Source: Caecitellus pseudoparvulus (Eukaryota; Protista; Bigyra: Bicosoecida). From it: a stretch of DNA of 64,000 nt. Position numbers and translations under genes: made by a program. Positions 47,601 through 57,000 of the stretch are shown here, one piece after another (positions within the stretch are counted from its first letter, which is position 1; each line of letters begins with the position of its first letter). Location: positions 62,001-126,000 of the forward strand of contig CBFFRQ010000020.1 of NCBI GenBank assembly GCA_965644315.1, read 5' to 3'. The notes under the pieces are model-generated. The model was given only the letters and a program-made list of their open reading frames with translations, was not told the DNA's origin and did no database searches.

Positions 47601-47679
47601 TGTTGGCCCCCCTGGCCAGGGCGCCGGCACGCCCCTGCACGTGGAGGGCAGTTTTACCCTCACTGGCCAGCTGCGTTGA
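38602..47679 (+). CDS. About 2990-aa uncharacterised Ala/Ser/Pro-rich protein; probable exons 38602-38630, 38748-47679
   Basis: A 9-kb uninterrupted ORF. The ATG at 38602 is followed by a GTAAGT donor at 38631 and an in-phase ACAG acceptor at 38747. Ordered islands include FIADWTRDEAGNWWLL, CAMC and VCALCFELH. Confidence 0.75.
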
Positions 47680-48265
47680 CGTGCCCGCACAGGCCCTTGT
47701 GTTTGGGAGGGCAACAGAGGTCCACCAGAGCCGGCACGATGGCTCTGGCGTGTCGCATGGGGAATCTGCGAAGCATGCGGCGGCGGCAGGCACGTTGCAG
47801 GGACGGCCAGCGACCCCCACGCGCGCGACCTACGAATACATGGCAATGATAGAGGTGGAGGGGCTGCCCTGCAGCCGCATGCTCGCCATTCCTAGCTTCA
47901 GGGGTGGCAAGCCCAGTGCAACGAATGTCCCACCGGGCAAAAAAGCCTGGGGTGTGAACTTCCCGCCTCCCACGCGGAGTGGGGCCGGGTGCTGTGCACT
48001 GCCATCATGAAACGCCGTCTCCGACTCCAGCGCACATGCAACCACGGCACCAAGGTCCTCCTGTAGCGCAGCGTGGGAGCAGTGGCATGCAGCTTCGCAG
48101 GACCAGCACGCCGCCCCGACACACTTGCTGCAGCTGCCCGTGCGCGAACAGCTTTGCACCACTCGCTCCGAGCACGGCGAGTCCAACAACTGCCTGCAGT
48201 TCCAGTAGCGGCCTCAAGAAGTCAGCCCACGCGTCTGCGTCCGGCAACTGCGCGACAGCCGCCAT
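47660..48265 (-). CDS. Profilin-like small protein (157 aa); exons 48265-48125, 48060-47834, 47765-47660
   Basis: Two typical-size GT-AG introns (64 and 68 nt) join three frames into one ORF: AWADFLRPLL...VVGLAVLGASGAKLFAHG....LRVGGGKF....G.....SIIAMYSFP....IVPALVDLC. This follows the profilin secondary-structure pattern. Confidence 0.6.
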
Positions 48266-48457
48266 GCAGCACCAAAATCCGCACTGCTCCCACTTGACCG
48301 GCTGTGAAACGCGTGCTCCTTGCCCAGCAGCCTCGCAGCTGGCTCAAAAGCCATGAACCTGACAATTGCTTGAATTGGATGCAGGAGTTAAGGCCCTCAC
48401 TAGCGCGATTCGTTTTGTATGTGCACTGCTGCCAGTGTCGAGTTCAGAAGGGACTCC

Positions 48458-50680
48458 ATGGCGGATGAAGCATTGGAAGGCGAGTGCACTCAGGACAGTC
48501 AAGCAACTGAGCTTGTGGACCTGGTCTCAGACGACGATGAAGAAGTGAAGCCGTCATTGACGTCGCTTGGCTGCGGAACTCAGCCCTGTTCGCAAGCAAG
48601 GCCGCTCAAGGCAGATGGGCGCGGAAGGGGGACGAAACGCCCCCGAAACGCCGACCCTGCCTCGCAGGTGTCAGAAAAGAAGCCACGTATAGGGGCAGGG
48701 ACCCTTCAAGCTCCCCTTGATGGATCCAGGCTGCTCCACCTCTCAGTTGCACTCGACGAGGACGGCGGGCTCGCTGATGCAGACCCAAGGATGCAGGCTT
48801 GCGTCGTGCCGCAGGCAAACCCAGCGGATCGGTGCCTGACTTTGCAGCAGCTGCTCCACCCACGCCTGGAGCACGTAAAGGACACTGCAGGTCTGCAAGG
48901 AATAGTTGCTACTACGTATGTGGGTGGTGCCCCCAAACACTTGCGAGACCTGATATACGACGGGCAGGCGGCGAAGTGTGCCGCTGCTGGTCAGGATGGC
49001 TCGCTTTCTCTGCCAGTGAGCCCCCCCTGCCCCGTGGTGTTGGTTGTTCACGGCGAGGAGATGAGGGGCAGAGCAAGACCTGAGATTCGCAGTCTGCCGA
49101 GCTCTTCTGGCTTCCCCCTGACCCTCGTGTCTCCCGCCTTGCCATCCAACGCAATGTTTGGAACTGCCCACACGAAGCTGCTGCTTGTTCGGTGGGGGCC
49201 CGGCGTCCTGCACCAGCATGGCACGGTGCGCTTCATCGTGATGACTGCCAATCTCTGCGATGCGGACCTGGAGGAGTGTTACCAGTGTGCTTGGGCGCAA
49301 GATTTCCCCGTGGTGCCCAGCGGCACTGCGAGCATGGACACACAGCAGGTGCAGGCTGAAGTGGCGGACACGGAGCCCAGTGACACGTTCTACGTCACCA
49401 TATCTTCTGGATTGTGTCCTGCCTCATACGTGCGCTATTTCTTGGGAGAGGCGGGGCTGGGTGTCCCCACAGGTGACTTGCAGCACATGCTGGCAGATGT
49501 GGACTGGTCGGGGGTTGGGGTTGATTTCGTGGCGAGCGTCGCTGGAAAGCACGTCTGGCCGGGCACACATCAGTGGTCTGCATTGTCAATGTCGCCTTTC
49601 ATGCTGAACGGTTTACACCGGCTGACACTCGTCCGGCGCTTGCAAATGAACGCGGTGGCGAAGTGCAAGGCGGTGGTTCGAGATTCGCTAGCACCAGCAG
49701 GCACAGCAGAGCGGCCTCTGGCCAGCAAGGCCTTCCCTTGCACGATGCAAAGGGTTTGGAGCCAAGTGTCAAGCCTGGGCAGCACGACTGATGCCGCGTT
49801 CAACCTCTCTCTTCCGCTGCTCGCTGCCCACGGTGTGCTCAACACCACACGCATGGCGGACAAGGGGGGACACTTAGCGTGCTTTCCTGGCCCGATCATG
49901 GGACCAGGAGGCGAGCACCCTGACAAAGCAGTCCCAGATGAGCTCCGGCAGCAAGTGCTGCTGTGTCTGCCGCCTCCGAGTCGAAAGGCGCCTGGTTCTG
50001 CCAGACAGAGCACAGAAGCAAGTGACTCCACCCCCTTTGTCCTCTTCTGGCCATCTTTCGATTTCGTGCGGGACAGTCGGCACCGCAGCGTCAGCAATGT
50101 GCGGCTGCAGGCGAAGCAAGTGGCAAACCCCAAGTTTGCCCGGTTTTGCTTGCACCATTTCCACCTGAACGAGTCATGGTTTCACGAACCAACTGTCGGA
50201 CCACTGCCTCGCTGTGCACCCTCAATTATGTCTCCACTAACGTCTCACACAAAGTTGCTTGGTCCCATGCCAGAGCAGGCCTGCAGCATTCAGCCTGAAG
50301 GGGAGACGGCGGCGCGCATCGCACGAGACTGGCTCGTCATGGGCAGCCACAACATGAGTCGCTCTGCTTGGGGGTTTGTCAGCGCGACGAAAGCCACGCC
50401 ACCCAAGCTGACAGTGAACAACCACGAGCTGAGCGTGTTGTTCCCTGTGGTCCTTCAGGTGCATCTCCCCGGGCAGGTGCCCATGGCCAAGCTCGAGCAG
50501 CGCCTGCGCGAAGCATGCGGTAGCGCACTTGTTAAGGTGTCAATGACTGCTCCGACCCCACACAGCTTCGTTCACTCCCTATCTGCGCCCCCTCTAAGCC
50601 CGCCTTCTGAACCGTGGACCGACGCGCACATCTTGCGGGACCAGCGGACCATGGCGGCTCTATCACACAATGGAAGCTAA
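48458..50680 (+). CDS. TDP1: Tyrosyl-DNA phosphodiesterase 1 (PLD superfamily)
   Basis: Two HxK motifs (FGTAHTKLLL..TANL and SHTKL..GSHNMSRSAWG), plus WAQDFP, QVSSLGS and NHELSVLF; single exon. Confidence 0.9.
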   Translation: MADEALEGECTQDSQATELVDLVSDDDEEVKPSLTSLGCGTQPCSQARPLKADGRGRGTKRPRNADPASQVSEKKPRIGAGTLQAPLDGSRLLHLSVALDEDGGLADADPRMQACVVPQANPADRCLTLQQLLHPRLEHVKDTAGLQGIVATTYVGGAPKHLRDLIYDGQAAKCAAAGQDGSLSLPVSPPCPVVLVVHGEEMRGRARPEIRSLPSSSGFPLTLVSPALPSNAMFGTAHTKLLLVRWGPGVLHQHGTVRFIVMTANLCDADLEECYQCAWAQDFPVVPSGTASMDTQQVQAEVADTEPSDTFYVTISSGLCPASYVRYFLGEAGLGVPTGDLQHMLADVDWSGVGVDFVASVAGKHVWPGTHQWSALSMSPFMLNGLHRLTLVRRLQMNAVAKCKAVVRDSLAPAGTAERPLASKAFPCTMQRVWSQVSSLGSTTDAAFNLSLPLLAAHGVLNTTRMADKGGHLACFPGPIMGPGGEHPDKAVPDELRQQVLLCLPPPSRKAPGSARQSTEASDSTPFVLFWPSFDFVRDSRHRSVSNVRLQAKQVANPKFARFCLHHFHLNESWFHEPTVGPLPRCAPSIMSPLTSHTKLLGPMPEQACSIQPEGETAARIARDWLVMGSHNMSRSAWGFVSATKATPPKLTVNNHELSVLFPVVLQVHLPGQVPMAKLEQRLREACGSALVKVSMTAPTPHSFVHSLSAPPLSPPSEPWTDAHILRDQRTMAALSHNGS

Positions 50681-51061
50681 GGTGACGGTCAAAGATCTGA
50701 ACGGAATCAAACGCTCTGAAGCGAAGCCGAATACGAGGGAACACTGTATGCTGCTTCCTTCAATGCTGCTCAGCTGCTCTTGCGTCGACGAGCTGCGCTC
50801 TGGTGCAGCCGGTGGCGCTGTACCTGATCCAGTAGGCCGCCAAAACATCGCTGGACACAAGTCTGTATCCGTGGTATTGAGGCAACACAGCGACAAGATA
50901 GAAGGAACTTTGTGCATCCTTGAGGGTGCAATAGCGGCAGGTGCACTCTGGGTATTGCCTCGAACGCGCCAAAGCTCTGCGTTGGTGCAGTGCCTTTCTC
51001 CGCAAATTGGGCACGCAGCCCAAGGAAAGTGCGAGGGGATCTGTGCCCGCCATCGCAGCGA

Positions 51062-54000
51062 ATGGGAGTTTGGTATGATTTCCTGCCCCACAGCCGGGTT
51101 CACTGGCGCGCAACCTTTGCGCGTGGCTTGCAGCGCTGCAGCACCGGGAGAGGCAGTGACCTCAGGGCGGCGTTTGGGAGCCGGTCCTATTCCTGGATTG
51201 TGGCTGCGAGGGCATTTCTGCTTGTAGTTTGCACTTGTTTTTGCCAGGCGACCAACCCAACAGTGCAGTTGGAGCCGTTTTGGGGAAGCGTAGACTTGCA
51301 GCTTCAGCTGGCAGCTGGGGTGCAGAACGGCACCTTGCTGCTCCTGTGCAACACTTCCGCACTTGAACTGCTCCCCACCATGGAAGCACCAGCACCTTTT
51401 GTTGGAATGATTCCAGACGACAACTTCGCTGCAGATCGTATCGGGGTCCTTGCCTTTCACGGGTGGAATGCTTCCGATGCCTCCCTTACGTCCGCCACGC
51501 TCGAAATGCGCATCTCTCACCCCCATCGGCCCGGCGGGATTATTCATGTGGTACACCCAACCGTTATTTCATGTGAGCACCCTTCCAGGCGGGTGAACGA
51601 GCCTTGTGAGGAGGCTCACGATTCGAGGATGCTCTGGCTCCGCGTTCCCCAAAGCGTGCTTGGATTGACCGGTGACACAGCCCTGCGCGTGTCGGTACTG
51701 GGAGGCTCGCTCGCGGCGAATGACACAATCTCTGATTCGTCCAACTTCACGACAACATTGCCCATTTTGCGGGGCATTCGGACTGAGGCGTCTGTGTTCC
51801 TGTCCGTCTCCTGCGGTACAGCGCACTCCTGCGCCACGCGACTGGACGGCTCTGTCGTGTGTTGGGGGAGTGGAGCCCAAGGAGTCCTGGGGCAGGGTTC
51901 GACGAACAACATTGGAGACTCCCCTGGCGAGCTTAGTGGCGACCTTCTTGTCCCCATTGGCATGGACATCGTACAAGTCAGTGCCGGTGACATGCACTCC
52001 TGTGCCGTTCGAGCGTCTGGGACCGTGGTATGTTGGGGCAGTGGGGCTGACGGCTTGCTTGGCTACGGGCACGATGAATCACTTGGGGATGCTCCAGGGG
52101 AGCTCCACGAGCATCTCAGCCTTGATCTGGGTGGACAAGCGCTAGAAGTGTCTGCAGGCACAACCCACTCTTGTGCCGTGCGGCTGGACCATGCTGGGTC
52201 CAGGCAAGTTGTGTGTTGGGGAAGCGGGGTGGGTCTTGGCCGCACCGACTCCGCAAGCGTCATAGTCGGCGGCTCTGGCGGCGACCTCGTTACAGAGTCT
52301 GTCGTCAACATTGGCGCCAATATCGCACACGTGGCAGTTGGAACGCAGCATTCCTGTGCAGTCCGTCAGGATGGCTCGGTGGTTTGTTGGGGGAGCGACG
52401 ACAATGGGCAGCTCGGTAGAAGCACAACCAAAGATATTCTTGGTGCCCCAGAAGATTTGAACAACTCCACAAGCATACCGCTTGTTGATTGCTCGGAAGC
52501 ACCCCCTGGAACGCCAGTTGCCAACTGCAGCGCCTCTATTGCTATTCAAGTGGCAGCGGGGCATACCCACACATGCGTCCTCAAAGCAAGTGGGGCAGTG
52601 GCTTGCTTTGGGGGTTATATTGCATGGGGCTCCAACAGCTACGATGTCATGCCAGCTGGGCAGCCCATCCAGGGTGAGCCCTGGGACGCGGAGGTTCCGG
52701 CAGGGAGCAACATCGTTCATGTGGCTACAGGGCAGCAGCACACGTGCTTGCTACGAGACGATGGAGGATGTTTTTGTTTTGGAAGGAATCACGGTGGCCA
52801 GCTTGGCCGAGGGGTGTCGTCGAGCTTTGGCTTGGTTGATGGCGAGATAACTCCTACCACTTCTTGGGATTTCCCCACTGCCATTTCGTTCGTCGGCGCG
52901 GGACAGCGCCATTCTTGCTTCATTTCAATTGAAGGTGGACTACTTTGCAGCGGTATTGGGGCCGGTGGTCGCTTGGCCTCCGGCAGCGTTGACAATGCTG
53001 GCACCAGGGGAGGCTGGCAAGTAACTCAGCTTGCAGAAAAGTTGCAGCCTGTCGCTTGGAACCAGGCGTTGCAGCCTCAGCTGGCAAGCCGCTCGCACGC
53101 GATACAAGTGACTTGCGGAAGGGAGCACGCTTGCGTAATCTTGAAGACTTCAAGGGCAGTCTTCTGCTTCGGATCTGGCTCCAGCGGCAGGCTTGGCACG
53201 GGCTCATCTAGCAACGTTGGGTTGGATGCAAAGCAGATGAGGGCAGACTTTACGGTGCCGATTGGGCAGCCGATTCAACAAGTATCAGCAGGATCCATGA
53301 TGACAGCTGCTTTAAGGAAGGATGGCTCAGTCGTGACTTGGGGCTACGGTTTCCGAGGGGAGCTGGGCTACGGCAGCCCTGACAGCATCGGCGACGCCGA
53401 GGGAGAGCTCACGCCAGAAACGCGCGTGGAGCTTGGGACCAGCTTTAAGTTTGTTGAATCAGGCCTTCGAAGCACTTGTGCTGTTCGACTGGATGGTAGC
53501 TTAATTTGCTGGGGCTCAAACGCAGTCGGAATGCTCGGCCTGAATTCCTCCGCATCACAACTTGGCTCCGAGCCAGGGCACCTCACAACCCTGTCCACTT
53601 TGTCGGTGAATGTAGGAGCTGTAATTTCAGTTGGTGCTGGAGAGACATCGGCCTGTGCATTGCGGGCGAGCTTGAGTGTCGTATGCTTCGGCGCCAGTTG
53701 GAACGGCCGACTGGGGTATGGGGATTCTATCCACCGGGGTCATGCCTCGACCCCACTTGGGTTTTCTGACACTGTTCCCATTGGAGCACCTGTAGTGGCA
53801 CTGAGTGTTGGCTTAAAGCACTCGTGCGCCGTGGTTGTTGACGGGCGGCTCACATGCTGGGGGGCACCGCAAGAGGGAGCCCTCGGCCGGCCAGTGGCGC
53901 TTGGCGACTTTGGGCACTCCAGCGCACACGTGCCATTGCTTGATAATGGGGCAACCTTTGGATCCATGAGATTTGTCTCTGTCGCAGCTGGTGAAACTCA

Positions 54001-57000
54001 CACGTGTGCCATCACAGCTGGGGAAGGGGAGCTGTATTGTTGGGGAAGCGGTGGTTTTGGAGAGCTGGGGCTGGGCGCCCCGGAGTCTATCGGGGCCATG
54101 GAGGGCGACATTCCCTCTCGTTTGCAACCAGTAAACATTGGAGGCGGGGTGCGGCAAGTCTCAGCTGGGACGAAGTTCACCTGTGCGGTGAAGAAGGACA
54201 GCTCTTTTCTTTGTTGGGGCTTCAACCAAAACGGCCAGCTTGGCCTTGGGTCAGCAGACATTTTTGGGACAAGGCCTGGGGAAATAACTCCTGAGTCCAT
54301 GGTTCACCTGGACCGACCGAGGCTGCTCCTGTCTTCGTCGCGCTTCCTTCACCCAACCCTTTCTGCGCTGCCATTCGACATTGATGCTCGGTCGGCACCA
54401 AACCTGCGTTCAGTGCCACTCTTGCAGCCGCAAGGCAGTCTCAAGCTCGAAAGCATCACAAGCATCGGGTCTGGGCCAGTGACGAGTTCGCGAGACTGTC
54501 CTGGTCGCGCTGTGGTCGCATGGGGCGGGTTCAGCTTGTGCTCATACAACGCCTCTTTGCCGGAGTGGTGGCAGCGACGACCAACGGCGGCTATCCACGC
54601 CGTCCGAAGCGAGGCCCCGGGCTTGCTGCCTGCACGAGGAGGTAGGATTGTCATCGAGGGCCAGTTGAATTGGATTTCCCAGTGGGGCGGCTTTCCCAGC
54701 ATTACTCTGCTGCCCAGCAACACGCCGTGCATGGAAGCCACGTGGGAAACTTGGAACTCGCTGTCTTGCGAAACACAGCCCCTTGTCGGATCTAATCACT
54801 CAGTGTTGCTGTTAGAGCAAGATACGAGCGCTTGGATTCAACGAGTGGAGTCGGCACCCATGCTGCACGTGGCCGCACCCCAGATTGACTTTGCTGGGCT
54901 GGACACAGTGCAGCCGCTTGTCGACGTGGTGAAGCTGGACCCTGCTGGCGGTCAGCGGCTGAACATCAACGGAAAGAACTTCGGACACAGACTTGACAAT
55001 GTGTCTGTCTCGCTGGGAGGACTTCCGTGCCTAGTAATTGTGCCGCCAGCGGGCCCCTTCTCAGACACGCAGGTGACAGTGACGTCACCTGCCAGGTCCG
55101 TTGGGCCAGCTTTGCTTGTTGTGTGGGTCGCTGACCAGCAAGGCACCTACTGGCTGGAGTACGGACAGAGCCAAGTATTGGATGTATCGCCACGCATGTT
55201 GCAGATTGGAGCTGATTCCACATCGTTGACATACAACGTAACCATTTCAGGGACCTTCTTCGGGAAGCACGTTGACAACATCACCTCTGCCGAGATTGCA
55301 GGTGCACCTTGCGGCGGCCTGCGCCTTGAGGGGAACAAGCTCACTCAGTGGACCCTCCACTGCGCTGAGCTGCCAGCCAGCCTCATGCGCCAGGACGCGG
55401 CGGGCGTGAACTTGACCGTGCTGGGGGAGCAAGTGACTTCCGACCTTTTCACCGCCATGCCAGCCCCAACGGCTGGCATGAAATTGGGTGTGTCCACCTT
55501 GGATGGGCTGCCCCCCAGCACCACCATGCCGACTCAAATTCTCCTACAAGGCCAGCGCTTGGGCGCGCGCGCCTCTGATGTCCTGTCAGTCTCGCTGGGT
55601 CAGTGCGGCTCCTGCCTCAACCCTGAGTGGCAAAGCGCGTCAGCGATAAAGTGCACCCTGCCTCAGTGCGTTGGGGAGAGCGTGCCAGTGGTCCTTTCCT
55701 TGGCCTCAGGACACACAGTGGCTGGCACAGTGGACTACGAGGCTCCAGACATTCTCTCTGTCATCCCAAACCAAACCTTCATCACAGCAGCTCCAGGCAC
55801 GCTGGAATTCCGTGTGTGTGGTGTTGCGTTTGGCCTGAGCGTGGAAAACATTTCCTTGTCGGTCGCAGAAGCATCGACGAGCCTCATCGGGTTGGACGGC
55901 ACTTGCGTCGACGCACGCATTGAAGACACGTCCGCGCTGCTTTCTGGCGAGTGGGAGCTGGCTTTGCGAGTTGGCGGGCAGCTCGCGTTCATGCCACGAG
56001 CGCTGCGCTTCATCGGCAAGCCGCAAGTTGCTAAAGTGTTCCCTTCCCAGCTGTCCACCTTGACAGGCACCAACGTCACCATCGAGGGGTTTGACCTGGC
56101 GCCCACGGGACTTGAGGGGGATGTTCTGTCTATCTCCCTTGGAGCCAACGGCACACAGTGCTCCGGGATCCGGGTGCTGAACTCTCGCCAGCTGCGGTGT
56201 GAGCTGCCCCCGTTTGTCGGGGATGACCTGCCAGTCACCGTCACTACGCGAGGAGGTCTTTCAGACACTGCTAAAGGTGTCTTCTTTTATCCAACGCCAT
56301 TCGTCGACTTTCTCTCGCCTACCCTGGTGGTTCCCGGGCGAGACGCGGGAATGTTCGAGCTTCGGGGCGTCAACTTCGGCACATGGGCGGACCAAGTGCA
56401 GCTGAACCTGGGAGGTGCGAGCCTCCGTGCCGTGAACATCACAGATACCTCGATGTGGTGCACGCTCGAGGAAGGGTCAGCTTGGCAGCCGGGCAGCTCG
56501 CTGAAGTCTCTCCGCATCGGCGGGCAGACTGCTGAGTTCGCGACAGCGGTGACGTTTGCGGTGCTGGACCGCCCACGCATCGACAGCATTGTGCCAACAA
56601 CGCTTGAGGAGGGCGGCAGCTTCACCTTGAAAGGGGCGTTCTTCGGGTGGGAGGCAGCGGACTTTCTGCAGGTTCAGGTGGCAGGAGCCGCTGCCGCGTG
56701 CTTGTTCGACGACGACACGCGACTGCTCTGCACCATGCCGCAGCGCGTGTCAATTCCAGGTGGCTTGGCCTCGAACCTGTCCTGCACCGCTACGAATGTC
56801 GTCGGCAGCACGCAAGCCGCGCAAACCCTGGCGTATCCCGTGTACGGTGTTCCCACTGTCGTGCCACAGGAGCTGACAGTTGCGCGAGACAACCCCGACG
56901 CGTTCAACACAGCTGAGGCAAGATTCGACCTGCCTGCTGCGGCTGAAGCTCCCCGCGCTTGGCAACTGGCTATTGCAGAAGGAGAGGCAGCGTTGGAAGC

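Noticed and set aside
50663-51556. ORFs of 185-297 aa between or overlapping TDP1 and the RCC1 gene, and ORFs at 6444-7043 and 63162-63692
   Set aside because: They have no recognisable motifs and overlap better-supported genes. Long spurious ORFs are expected at this GC content.
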